Source: Patescibacteria group bacterium
Lineage (GTDB): Bacteria > Patescibacteriota > Microgenomatia > JAMCZE01
DNA: 64,000 nucleotides
Assembly: GCA_023380635.1 (NCBI GenBank)
Contig: JAMCRP010000001.1
Span: forward strand, 341,200-405,199
Reading direction: 5' to 3'
Part shown: in pieces, positions 10,379-19,910 of the stretch
How positions within the stretch are numbered: the stretch's first letter is position 1
Layout: each line of letters opens with the position of its first letter
Position numbers and translations under genes: made by a program
The notes under the pieces: model-generated
Told to the model about the DNA's origin: nothing
Databases searched by the model: none
The model's input: the letters and a program-made list of their open reading frames with translations, nothing else

Positions 10379-12625
10379 ATGAAAAAAAGTATCACGAAAA
10401 AGATTGAAGTCGCAGGACGCGAACTCTCTTTCGAAATTAATAAAGTGGCACCACAAGCTAACGCGTCGGTGATCGCCCGCTATGGCGATACTGAGGTTTT
10501 AGCCACTGTTATGCTTGGCGCCGAAAAAGCTTACAGTGATGGCGGAGCTCCGGTTACCGTCGATTTTGTGGAAAGGCTTTACGCCGGCGGCATCATTAAG
10601 GGTTCCCGCTGGGTCAAACGCGAAGGCCGCCCGACCGATGAGGCCATTTTAACCAACCGGTTGATTGACCGCTCCATTCGCCCGCTCTTCCCTAAAGACA
10701 TGGCTAACGAAGTTCAGATTATTGTGACTTTGCTTTCCACCGACAACGCCAACGATCATGATGTTTTGGCTTTAAATGCGGTCTCTATGGCTTTGGCTGT
10801 TTCCAACATTCCCTGGAACGGGCCGGTCGCGGCTGTCCGGATGGGATATGTTTCCAAAGATGATGCCGGGTATGTGGTTAATCCTCTGACCCCGGAAATG
10901 GAATTTTCTGATTTAGATTTGGTCGTTTCTTCCAGCGCCGACGGCGTCATTATGATTGAAGCCGGAGCCAAGCAGCTGCCGGAAGACAAAGCTAATACTG
11001 CCGTGGAAAAAGCCCTGGAAGAAGACCAAAAAATTGTGGAGTTTATTAAAGATATCCAAAAAGAAGCCGGCCAGGATAAATATCCCTACAAATCCATAGC
11101 TTTGGACGAGGACCTGATCCACGAAATTGAAAAAAAGCATGGCAAAGAAATTGAAGAGTTTGTCGAAATCAAAAGCCCGGAGAGTAAGATGGACGGCTCG
11201 AGAGTGGAAGAATATAAAAAGGCTTTAACTGAAGAGTACGCGGAAAATCCTAACAAAAACCAGATTCCCCAAATTGTCGATTATCTGTTTAAAAAAGCTT
11301 TGCGCAAAAAGACCCTGGAAACCAAAAAACGGGTTGACGGCCGGAAATTCGCGGATATCCGCCCGATTTCTGCCGAAGTAGGACTGCTTCCCCGCACCCA
11401 CGGTTCCGGCTTATTCCAAAGAGGCTTAACCCAAGTGCTCTCCGTGGTCACTTTGGCAAATCCTTCTCTGGAACAATGGATTGAGACGGCGGAAGGCATG
11501 GAAGAAAAAAGATACATTCATCACTATAATGCCCCGCCGTATTCTTCCGGTGAAGTGGGCCGCATTGGCGGTTTAGGCCGGCGGGAAATTGGCCACGGTG
11601 CCCTCGCTGAAAGAGCTTTGGAACCGGTCATCCCGACTGAGGAACAATTCCCTTACACCATCCGCGTGGTTTCTGAAGTCTTGTCACAAAACGGCTCGAG
11701 TTCTATGGGTTCGACCTGCGGCTCAACTTTGGCTCTGATGGATGCGGGTGTACCGATTTTGGCTCCCGTTTCAGGCGTGGCCATGGGTCTGATTGCCGAA
11801 AGCACGAGTGAATATGCGATTTTAACCGACCTGCGCGGTGAAGAAGATTTTTACGGCAACATGGATTTTAAGGTTGCCGGAACCGAAACAGGCATTACTG
11901 CCATTCAGTTGGACATTAAATTAAATGATAAATTCCGCGGCTTGACCATGAAAATGGTTAAGGAAATTTTGGCTCAAGCCCGCGAAGGCCGGCTGGAAAT
12001 CTTAAAGAAAATGCTCGTGGTAATTCCGGAAAGCCGTAAAGCGGTCAGCCAATACGCGCCGAAAGTGGTCACGATGAAAATCCCGGTAGACAAAATCGGG
12101 GAAGTCATTGGCCCGGGCGGCAAAAACATCAAAAACATTATCGCGACAACCGGCGCCGCCGTGGACATTGAGGATGACGGCACGGTGACCATTTCCGCCA
12201 TCGATGAAGCTGCCGTCGAACAGGCCAGAGCCTGGATTGACGGTCAAACAAGGGAACTGCAACCCGGCGAAGAATTTGAAGGCGAAGTAAAACGCATTTT
12301 ACCGTTTGGCGCTTTTGTCGAAGTTTTGCCCGGCAAAGAGGGTCTGGTTCATGTTTCGAGAATGACTTCCGGTTATGTGGGCAACCCGGAAGAAGTGGTC
12401 CACATTGGCCAGAAAGTGAAAGTCCGGGTCATGGAAATTGACGAAATGGGCCGGCTTAACCTGGCTATGTACTGGGGCCCGAAAGACGAAAACGCTCAAC
12501 CGCCAATGGGCCAGCAACCGGGTGGCTTCCGACCACGCGGCGGTTTTAGCGGACCAAGACGCAGTGGCTTCGGCGGCAGAGGCGGCTTTGACAGAAATCG
12601 CGGCGGAAGACGAGACCGATATTAA
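10379..12625 (+). CDS. pnp: Polyribonucleotide nucleotidyltransferase (PNPase) with a C-terminal RGG/RG-rich tail
   Basis: Two RNase PH domains, KH (IGPGGKNIK) and S1 domains. The tail reads GGFRPRGGFSGPRRSGFGGRGGFDRNRGGRRDRY. Confidence 0.95.
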   Translation: MKKSITKKIEVAGRELSFEINKVAPQANASVIARYGDTEVLATVMLGAEKAYSDGGAPVTVDFVERLYAGGIIKGSRWVKREGRPTDEAILTNRLIDRSIRPLFPKDMANEVQIIVTLLSTDNANDHDVLALNAVSMALAVSNIPWNGPVAAVRMGYVSKDDAGYVVNPLTPEMEFSDLDLVVSSSADGVIMIEAGAKQLPEDKANTAVEKALEEDQKIVEFIKDIQKEAGQDKYPYKSIALDEDLIHEIEKKHGKEIEEFVEIKSPESKMDGSRVEEYKKALTEEYAENPNKNQIPQIVDYLFKKALRKKTLETKKRVDGRKFADIRPISAEVGLLPRTHGSGLFQRGLTQVLSVVTLANPSLEQWIETAEGMEEKRYIHHYNAPPYSSGEVGRIGGLGRREIGHGALAERALEPVIPTEEQFPYTIRVVSEVLSQNGSSSMGSTCGSTLALMDAGVPILAPVSGVAMGLIAESTSEYAILTDLRGEEDFYGNMDFKVAGTETGITAIQLDIKLNDKFRGLTMKMVKEILAQAREGRLEILKKMLVVIPESRKAVSQYAPKVVTMKIPVDKIGEVIGPGGKNIKNIIATTGAAVDIEDDGTVTISAIDEAAVEQARAWIDGQTRELQPGEEFEGEVKRILPFGAFVEVLPGKEGLVHVSRMTSGYVGNPEEVVHIGQKVKVRVMEIDEMGRLNLAMYWGPKDENAQPPMGQQPGGFRPRGGFSGPRRSGFGGRGGFDRNRGGRRDRY

Positions 12626-12681
12626 ACCTTTCTTACTTCCTTCCTATTGCCCTATTAATGTTGTTATCTAATATTTTTCTC

Positions 12682-12861
12682 ATGGCTAAATACGGCAAGA
12701 AGGCGCAAAAAACCATTTCTAAGGTGATGCACCAGTATGGCTTGGGAGAACTGAAAATCGGCGGCCACAGCAACAAAAAGGTCAAAAGCCGTAAACAAGC
12801 CGTGGCCATAGGCATTTCCAAAGCCCGCGCCGAAGGCGACAAAGTCCCCCGGAAAAGATAG
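12682..12861 (+). CDS. Small basic conserved protein of unknown function (~59 aa; SRKQAVAIGISKAR motif)
   Basis: The ORF-track frame begins at 12658. The ATG at 12682 gives MAKYGKKAQKTISKVMHQYGLGELK...; the family name is not certain. Confidence 0.5.
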   Translation: MAKYGKKAQKTISKVMHQYGLGELKIGGHSNKKVKSRKQAVAIGISKARAEGDKVPRKR

Positions 12862-12886
12862 CGCTCCTTGATGATATACTGATTCT

Positions 12887-13918
12887 ATGGATAACCCTCA
12901 GACTGGAGAGATTGCTGTACTACAACAAAAGATAGGAAGCGTCCAACTACCGCCGGAGTTGCTGGAAAAAGCTAAAGGCATGGTCGAACGGCTCGACCGG
13001 ATCGCCAAAATGGGCGGAAATTATGTTGTGGAGTTTGATAACACCAACCGGTACATTGACTGGATCACTGCCCTGCCCTGGAACAAAAAATCAGACGACA
13101 TTCTCGATTTAAATCATGCTAAGGAATTACTAAACAAAAAACACTACGGCCTGCAAAGCGCCAAGGAAAGAATTTTAGAATATTTAGCCGTAAGAAAACT
13201 AAACCCTTCCGGCCGGGCGCCGATTATGGCTTTAATTGGTCTTGTTGGTACCGGCAAGACAACTTTAGCTTCTTCCGTGGCCGAAGCCATGGGACGCAAA
13301 TTTGAAAGAATTCCCTTTGGCGGCATTGGCGATGCGTTGTACCTGAGAGGACAATCAAGAGCCTACCCGGATGCCGAACCAGGAGCGATTATCAAAGCCC
13401 TGCGCCGGGCGGGCACCAAAAATCCCGTTATTTTACTTGATGAAATTGACCGCGTGGATGAGGCTGCCAGAGCTACAATTATGGGTGTATTAGTAGAACT
13501 ATTGGATCCCGGCCAAAATAGCGCCTACACGGACCATTTTCTCGATTACCCGTTTGATCTATCTGAAGTGCTTTTCATTGTGACCGCCAACAACTCGACG
13601 AATATTTCTACGGCAGTACTCGACAGACTAGAACTAATCTCTATGCCGTCGTACTCTGACGAAGAAAAAATCACTATTGGAAAAGATTTCGTCTTACCTA
13701 GAGCTTTGGAAGAAGCCAAACTGACTGCGGACAAACTTTCCATTGACCAGGCAGTTTGGCCCAAAATTGTCCGGCCGCTGGGTTTTGACGGCGGCATTCG
13801 GACTTTAGAGCGGACCATCAATAATATGGTTCGCAAAACCGCTTTACAAATAGTTTCGGGAGAAGTGCAGCAAGTAACTATTAATGAACAAAACCTGCCG
13901 CAATACCTGCCGCAATAA
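12887..13918 (+). CDS. Lon-like AAA+ ATPase lacking both the N-terminal LON domain and the C-terminal S16 protease domain
   Basis: Near-collinear with the Lon ATPase module: Walker A GLVGTGKTT, Walker B ILLDEIDR, and LDRLELI. The ORF ends at a TAATG overlap with the udg start, so no protease domain is encoded downstream. Confidence 0.8.
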   Translation: MDNPQTGEIAVLQQKIGSVQLPPELLEKAKGMVERLDRIAKMGGNYVVEFDNTNRYIDWITALPWNKKSDDILDLNHAKELLNKKHYGLQSAKERILEYLAVRKLNPSGRAPIMALIGLVGTGKTTLASSVAEAMGRKFERIPFGGIGDALYLRGQSRAYPDAEPGAIIKALRRAGTKNPVILLDEIDRVDEAARATIMGVLVELLDPGQNSAYTDHFLDYPFDLSEVLFIVTANNSTNISTAVLDRLELISMPSYSDEEKITIGKDFVLPRALEEAKLTADKLSIDQAVWPKIVRPLGFDGGIRTLERTINNMVRKTALQIVSGEVQQVTINEQNLPQYLPQ

Positions 13919-14553
13919 TGGATAAACAACAGAAACTAGAAGAAATAGCTAAAGAAATAGCTGCGACCAAAGGCGGACCGATGGAATCTTTTGGCAGTAA
14001 CCCGGTTCCCGGCGAGGGCAATCCGGACAGCGAAGTCCTGTTTATTGGGGAAGCTCCGGGCTTTCATGAAAACCAACAAAGACGGCCGTTTGTCGGCGTG
14101 TCAGGACAATTACTACGCAAGACCATGGCTGCCAACGGCTTTAACGAAAAAGATGTTTTTATTACCAATATTGTTAAGTTCCGGCCGCCGGAAAACCGCG
14201 ACCCGACTCCGCAGGAGATCGAGTATTTCCGGCCATTTCTTGATGAACAGATTGAAGTTATCGATCCAAAGTTTATCGTCACTCTGGGAAGATACTCGAT
14301 GTATAAATTCCTGGGGCAAGGAGCCAGCATCACCAGAATTCACGGCCAACCCAGGACTATAAAATGGAACGGCAAAACTCGTATAATATTCCCAATGTTC
14401 CATCCGGCCGCGGCCCTGCGCGATCCGCACGTGATGCAGACATTCAAAGACGATTTCGCCAAGCTAAAAGAGTTGGTAGACAAACACGAAGCGACACAAA
14501 AAACTGAAGCGAAGGAAGAGAAAAAAGATAGCGAGCAGCTCAAACTAGTCTAA
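13918..14553 (+). CDS. udg: Uracil-DNA glycosylase, family 4/5 type
   Basis: Carries GEGNPDSEVLFIGEAPG, RPFVGVSGQLL and ITNIVKFRPPENRDPT, which are family-4 UDG motifs. Confidence 0.85.
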   Translation: MDKQQKLEEIAKEIAATKGGPMESFGSNPVPGEGNPDSEVLFIGEAPGFHENQQRRPFVGVSGQLLRKTMAANGFNEKDVFITNIVKFRPPENRDPTPQEIEYFRPFLDEQIEVIDPKFIVTLGRYSMYKFLGQGASITRIHGQPRTIKWNGKTRIIFPMFHPAAALRDPHVMQTFKDDFAKLKELVDKHEATQKTEAKEEKKDSEQLKLV

Positions 14554-14556
14554 ATT

Positions 14557-14650
14557 AATAACCAAGAAACAAGAGACAAGAAACAAATCAAATTCAAATT
14601 ATTAAATATTAAATATTAGTTATTAGTTTGTATCTTGTTTCTTAATTATT
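14557..14650. repeat. Palindromic intergenic element copy A (arms aagaaacaagagacaagaaacaaa / tttgtatcttgtttctt around an AT-rich loop)
   Basis: Inverted repeat seen directly. It shares gtttgtatcttgtYtctt (17/18) and aagaaacaaatc with copy B at 38691-38745. Confidence 0.6.
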
Positions 14651-14666
14651 AGAATTTTTAAAGGAC

Positions 14667-16370
14667 ATGGCTTTTTTTAGCAGACCGAAACCAAAACAAC
14701 AAATGCAGACTTTCCAGGCTAAAGGCGAAAAACTGCGCATTATTTCCCTGGGCGGTGTCGATGTCACCAAAAACATGTATGTTTTTGAAACCGACCAGGA
14801 TATTATTATTGTCGATTGCGGTATCGCCTTTCCCGACGAAAATATGCCTGGGATCGATCTGATCATCCCCGACATCACCTACCTGAAGGATAAAAAGAAT
14901 AAGATCCGGGCGATGTTTTTAAGCCATGGCCACGAGGACCATCGCGGAGCCTTACCCTACATACTGCCGGAGTTACCACGAATTCCTATTTACGGCACAA
15001 AGTTAACCATCGGTCTTGCCCAGATTAAATGCGAAGAGGCCGGCATCAAGGCTGATTGGCGCGTTGCTGACTTAAAAAGTCCTATCCAGGCGGGCAGTTT
15101 TTCCGTCAGTTTTGTTCATGTCGCTCACTCAATTCCCGACTCCTCGAACCTGATTATTAAAACTCCGGCCGGTGTCGTCTATTACGGTTCTGATTTTAAG
15201 TTTGACTGGACCCCGGTTGACGGCTACCCAACGGAAGTGCAAAAGATTGCCAACGCCGGATATAACGGCGTGGAACTTTTAATGTCCGACTGCGTCCGGG
15301 TAGAAAAGTCCGGCTACACCCTCTCGGAACAAAAAATTGAGGAAACTTTTGAACAACAAATCCAAAAATGCCGGGGAAAGTTTTTTATTACAACAACATC
15401 ATCAAATATCAGCCGCATTCAACAGGCCGTCAATGTGGCCCAAAGACATAACCGCAAAATTGTTTTTGCCGGAAGAAGCATTGAACAAAACGCCGAGGTA
15501 GCCGTTCGCCTGGGCTATCTGACTTTGCCCAAAGACAAGATTATTCGGATTGAGGATGTTAGCCGCTATCCGGCAAACCAAATCATGGTTCTGGCGACCG
15601 GCTCTCAAGGACAGGACAATTCTGCTCTTTCTCGAATTGCCAACGGCGAACATAAGATAAAAATTAACGAAGGTGATGTGGTGGTCTTCTCTCAGGATCC
15701 GATTCCCGGCAGCGAATCGGCTGTCGACCAGCTGATTGACACCCTCATTAAAGCCGGAGCCGAAGTATATTATTCCGCCATCTTGGACGATGTCCATGTC
15801 TCCGGCCACGAAGCCGCGGACGGTTTGAAACTTATGCTTAATTTAGTCAAACCAAAATATGTCTGGCCAATTGGCGGCACCATTAGACATATTAAACACT
15901 ACGCCAAACTGGCGATCGATAGCGGCTATAAACCGGAACAGATTATTACTCCGTCCGAAGGCCAGATAGTTAACATCGAGAGTGGCAAAGCCAAAGTCGA
16001 CGGCTTTGTAGAAGTGAAAAATATTTTGATTGATGGTCTGGGCGTTGGTGATGTTGGCAATGTTGTTCTTCGCGACCGATTAACTATGTCCGCGGACGGA
16101 GTGGTTATGGTCATTGTGCCGGTAGAAAAAGCCACGGGCAAGATTGTGGGCAATGTGGATATTGTTTCCCGGGGATTTGTCTATATGAAAGAGTCAGATG
16201 AGCTAATCGGTGAAGCCAAACAAGTCGTCCGGGACACCCTCGCCGACCACCAAGGGCCCATGTCTGACTTCCGCTTTTTACGCCGACACATCACTGACCA
16301 TCTCGAGAAATTTCTCTTCGAAGCTACCCACCGCCGCCCCCTGATCCTTCCGGTAATTGTTGAAGTGTAA
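14667..16370 (+). CDS. rnj: Ribonuclease J (metallo-beta-lactamase / beta-CASP)
   Basis: HGHEDHRG motif, a beta-CASP region, and an RNase J C-terminal domain; 567 aa. Confidence 0.92.
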   Translation: MAFFSRPKPKQQMQTFQAKGEKLRIISLGGVDVTKNMYVFETDQDIIIVDCGIAFPDENMPGIDLIIPDITYLKDKKNKIRAMFLSHGHEDHRGALPYILPELPRIPIYGTKLTIGLAQIKCEEAGIKADWRVADLKSPIQAGSFSVSFVHVAHSIPDSSNLIIKTPAGVVYYGSDFKFDWTPVDGYPTEVQKIANAGYNGVELLMSDCVRVEKSGYTLSEQKIEETFEQQIQKCRGKFFITTTSSNISRIQQAVNVAQRHNRKIVFAGRSIEQNAEVAVRLGYLTLPKDKIIRIEDVSRYPANQIMVLATGSQGQDNSALSRIANGEHKIKINEGDVVVFSQDPIPGSESAVDQLIDTLIKAGAEVYYSAILDDVHVSGHEAADGLKLMLNLVKPKYVWPIGGTIRHIKHYAKLAIDSGYKPEQIITPSEGQIVNIESGKAKVDGFVEVKNILIDGLGVGDVGNVVLRDRLTMSADGVVMVIVPVEKATGKIVGNVDIVSRGFVYMKESDELIGEAKQVVRDTLADHQGPMSDFRFLRRHITDHLEKFLFEATHRRPLILPVIVEV

Positions 16371-16416
16371 AAATAGGCAGAGAAATGGTATATTGAAAGG
16401 GCATAATTTACTGCCT

Positions 16417-18570
16417 ATGAGCCGAAGGAGATCTCCGTTCAAGCTAAAACTTCGTAAACAGACAATCTATTCTATCGTTGCCCTGGGATTGTTCGGAACT
16501 GCGGTCTTAGTAGTTGTTTCCCTGATTCTTCCTGAGGGGAAAATTCTAAGCCGGATTAACGCTCTATTTTCGCTTTATTTTGGCTGGGGCCGGATTCTTT
16601 TAGTTTTTACTCTCCTGCAGCTGGCTTTAATGTTTGCCAAAATTAAAATTTCCCTGGCGAAGACCAATGCGGTTTTAGGATATTTCTTAATTGTCACCGC
16701 TCTTTTAGGCTTGTCACAATCGGGAAATTTTGGTACCAGTGTTTTTCAGACAATTTATACTCTCATTCCTCTAAGCATCATGGTCTTTTTCATCCTTTTG
16801 CTCTTAGCTCTTTTGGGCGCCACCATTCTTTTCCAACTTTCCTTTGGCGAAGTCGTCGAAATTATCGGCGATATCATTGGCGCCGTGGCCAAATTTTTCG
16901 CCCGGCCGGGCAAAAAACCCGCCCCGGTTTTTATTAAAGACAGTCAGGTTAAAGACCAGCCGGGAATTAATACTAAACCAGGCGCGCCGGCACCCACGCC
17001 GGCTCAGGGTCCAAAAATTAACACTCCACCGCCACTAACGGCCGCTGCTCAGCAACCGGAACGCATGATTCAAAATGCTCCTCCGACTGAAAACGGCGAA
17101 GCCAAAATCTGGGAATATCCGCCGCTGTCACTTTTATCCGACAGCGCCGGCGGCAAAGCTGACCGGGGAGACATTAAACACAACGCCACGGTTATCGAAA
17201 ACACTCTGGAGTCTTTTGGCATTACCGCCCATGTGGCCGAGGTCAATACCGGCCCGGCCGTCACCCAGTACGCCCTGGAAATTGCCCTGGGAACCAAATT
17301 ATCCAAGATTACCACGCTGCAAAATGATCTGGCTTTGGCTTTGGCAGCTCCGGGACAGTTGCGGATTGAAGCCCCGATTCCCGGCCGCAGCATGGTTGGG
17401 ATTGAAATCCCCAACCGTTCACCGGAGTTTGTCAGTATTCGAAAAATGCTGGAATCTGACGCCATGCAGCAGTCAAAGAGTAAATTGGCCGTTGCCTTGG
17501 GTCTGGATGTTTCCGGCAACCCCAAAGTAGCCGACATTGCCAAAATGCCGCATTTACTTATTGCCGGCTCTACCGGCAGCGGTAAATCGGTGGCCATTAA
17601 CGCTTTTCTCACTTCGCTTTTATACCGCAATTCTCCTTCGGAACTAAAACTGATTATGGTCGATCCGAAACGCGTGGAACTATCCTTATATAACGGTATT
17701 CCCCATCTGCTTACACCGGTTATTGTTGAAGTGGACAAGGTTCTGTCGGCTCTAAAGTGGGCGATTACCGAAATGGAGCGCCGGTATAAACTTTTCGCTT
17801 CAGTCGGTGTACGCAACTTGGAAGGTTACAACGAAATGGCCGGGTTCACCTCGCTACCGTACCTGGTAATTTTCATTGACGAGATGGCCGATGTTATGAT
17901 GTTTGCCCCGGTTGAGGTTGAAGATGCTATTTGCCGTCTGGCGCAAATGGCCCGGGCCACCGGAATTCACTTAGTTCTGTCCACCCAACGGCCAAGCGTT
18001 GATGTTTTAACCGGTTTAATAAAAGCCAATATTCCCGCCCGCATGGCCTTTAATGTGACCTCCATGATTGATTCACGGGTTATTATTGATACCCCCGGTG
18101 CGGAAAAATTACTGGGCAAAGGCGACATGCTCTATATTCCTCCGGATCAAAGCAAACCTAGCCGGATCCAGGGCGCGTTTGTTTCTGACGGTGAAGTTCA
18201 CAAGCTGGTTGATTGGCTCAAAAGCCGCGGTGAGCCGGTGCAATATACCGAAGAGGTTACTTCTATGCAGACAATCACTAAATCCGGACCGGGCGGCAAA
18301 CAAACAACCGCATCAGGAGGCGATCCTCTGGTCGATCAGGCAATCAGGATTGTTTGCCAGTATGACCGCGCTTCAGCGTCATTATTACAAAGAAAACTCT
18401 CCATCGGCTATGCCCGCGCCGCCCGCATCCTTGACACTTTGGAAGAATTAGGTATAGTGGGGCCGGGCGAAGGAAGTAAACCAAGAGATGTGTTGGTGAG
18501 AAACGCCGATGAATATTTCGCCAACCAAGGTCAAGCAACCACCACAGAGACTTCCTCCGAACCCGCTTAG
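16417..18570 (+). CDS. ftsK: DNA translocase FtsK/SpoIIIE (N-terminal 4-TM domain, Pro-rich linker, motor, gamma wHTH)
   Basis: Walker A GSTGSGKS, plus the FIDEMAD and TQRPSVDV motifs. The listed ORF uses a TTG at 16357; the first ATG is at 16417. Confidence 0.9.
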   Translation: MSRRRSPFKLKLRKQTIYSIVALGLFGTAVLVVVSLILPEGKILSRINALFSLYFGWGRILLVFTLLQLALMFAKIKISLAKTNAVLGYFLIVTALLGLSQSGNFGTSVFQTIYTLIPLSIMVFFILLLLALLGATILFQLSFGEVVEIIGDIIGAVAKFFARPGKKPAPVFIKDSQVKDQPGINTKPGAPAPTPAQGPKINTPPPLTAAAQQPERMIQNAPPTENGEAKIWEYPPLSLLSDSAGGKADRGDIKHNATVIENTLESFGITAHVAEVNTGPAVTQYALEIALGTKLSKITTLQNDLALALAAPGQLRIEAPIPGRSMVGIEIPNRSPEFVSIRKMLESDAMQQSKSKLAVALGLDVSGNPKVADIAKMPHLLIAGSTGSGKSVAINAFLTSLLYRNSPSELKLIMVDPKRVELSLYNGIPHLLTPVIVEVDKVLSALKWAITEMERRYKLFASVGVRNLEGYNEMAGFTSLPYLVIFIDEMADVMMFAPVEVEDAICRLAQMARATGIHLVLSTQRPSVDVLTGLIKANIPARMAFNVTSMIDSRVIIDTPGAEKLLGKGDMLYIPPDQSKPSRIQGAFVSDGEVHKLVDWLKSRGEPVQYTEEVTSMQTITKSGPGGKQTTASGGDPLVDQAIRIVCQYDRASASLLQRKLSIGYARAARILDTLEELGIVGPGEGSKPRDVLVRNADEYFANQGQATTTETSSEPA

Positions 18571-18582
18571 GAGATAACTTTT

Positions 18583-19215
18583 ATGACTACTGTTGGAGAC
18601 ATTCTGACTAATGCCCGTAACCGGAAAAAATTAACTTTAGAACAGGCGGAAAAAGCCACCAAAATCCGCCGGAAGTTTCTGGAAGCTCTGGAAAAAAACG
18701 AGTTCTCCAAACTGCCGCCGGGGACTTTTACTAAAGGCTTTATTAAAAATTACGCGGCTTTTTTAGGACTGTCCGTCGACGATACTCTGGCTTTCTACCG
18801 CCGCCAGGTTAACGAAGAAAAAATTTCCACCCTGCCAGTGAAAAATCCCGCTCCGCCGACGCCCAAGTCTCCTTTTTCTTCATTATCGTTTACCGGAGTC
18901 GGGGTCATGATCCTGGTAATTTTATTTTTTGTCTATTTGGTCTATTCCTACCTCAGTTTTGCCGGCTCTCCGGCCCTGGCTCTGGACACTCCGGCTAAAA
19001 ACGCCGTCGTTAACACCGACGAAATTGAAGTAACCGGAAAAACCGATCCCGACGCTACTTTAATGATTAATAATCAAGCCGTTAGTATTAACGAAAACGG
19101 AACTTTCAGCACTAAAATTGACTTGACACCCGGCCTCAACACCATTACTATTATTGCAAGCAACAAATTCCACCGGCAAACAACAATTACCCGGAATTTA
19201 CGCTTAGAAAAATGA
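18583..19215 (+). CDS. RodZ-like HTH (XRE-type) bitopic membrane protein with a C-terminal Ig-like domain
   Basis: N-terminus ILTNARNRKKLTLEQAEKATKIRRKFLEALE, a single TM, and an extracytoplasmic beta-rich domain. Confidence 0.6.
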   Translation: MTTVGDILTNARNRKKLTLEQAEKATKIRRKFLEALEKNEFSKLPPGTFTKGFIKNYAAFLGLSVDDTLAFYRRQVNEEKISTLPVKNPAPPTPKSPFSSLSFTGVGVMILVILFFVYLVYSYLSFAGSPALALDTPAKNAVVNTDEIEVTGKTDPDATLMINNQAVSINENGTFSTKIDLTPGLNTITIIASNKFHRQTTITRNLRLEK

Positions 19216-19222
19216 ACTGCCT

Positions 19223-19489
19223 ATGGTAGACGCAACCCAATTTCTTCTCGTTTTTGTCATCGTCATCATTACCGTTATGCTTTCGATTATCTGCGTGCAG
19301 GTGTATTTTATCCTGCGAGAGTTTCGCCAAACCCTGACGAAAGCTAACAAAGTTCTGGACGATACTGGGGTTATTTCCGAGTCCGTCAGCAAACCGATAA
19401 GCACTTTATCAACAATGCTATTAGGTGTGAAAGGCGGATCAGCCATTGTTAAAGCTTTAACAGAGAAAAGACCGAAGGAGAAAGACTAA
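19223..19489 (+). CDS. DUF948/YtxG-like small membrane protein
   Basis: N-terminal TM then a coiled tail. Immediately upstream of a YtxH-like gene, as in the Bacillus ytxG-ytxH pair. Confidence 0.5.
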   Translation: MVDATQFLLVFVIVIITVMLSIICVQVYFILREFRQTLTKANKVLDDTGVISESVSKPISTLSTMLLGVKGGSAIVKALTEKRPKEKD

Positions 19490-19490
19490 T

Positions 19491-19886
19491 ATGTCCGAAA
19501 ACAAAAGTAGCGGAGGCTTAATAACCGGCTTAGCCATCGGCGCGGCTCTTGGTGCCGGAATAACTTTTCTGTTCGGAACTAAAAAGGGCAAGGAAATCCG
19601 GGATAATGTCCGGGAAAAATATCCCGATTTTTTCGATCAACTGGAGGATGCTTTGGGAGATGTCCGGGAAAATCTCTCCGAAGAATATGAAACTGTCGTG
19701 GATGAAGTTCAGAAAGTTAAGGACGAAGTTTCCAGTATGACTATTGGTGAAGCTAGCGACGCCGCCAAAGATGCCGTCGTGGAGAAGGTGGACAAGCTCG
19801 GCGTAGCTGTCGCCTCGCTGGGCAAACAAATTGAAAAAGCTTCTGCTAAACCCCGTTTGTTTAAGGGTATAAAACGCCACAAATAG
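19491..19886 (+). CDS. YtxH-domain protein
   Basis: N-terminus GLITGLAIGAALGAGITFLFGTKKGKEIRD matches the YtxH Gly-zipper motif, followed by a coiled coil. Confidence 0.65.
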   Translation: MSENKSSGGLITGLAIGAALGAGITFLFGTKKGKEIRDNVREKYPDFFDQLEDALGDVRENLSEEYETVVDEVQKVKDEVSSMTIGEASDAAKDAVVEKVDKLGVAVASLGKQIEKASAKPRLFKGIKRHK

Positions 19887-19910
19887 CCTCAATTCGTGTA
19901 TAATTGACTC

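Noticed and set aside
12887-14553. Possibility that the Lon-like gene is a frameshifted full-length lon
   Set aside because: udg starts at a TAATG overlap with its stop and fills the downstream sequence. No S16 protease motifs are seen in any frame of 13.9-14.5 kb.
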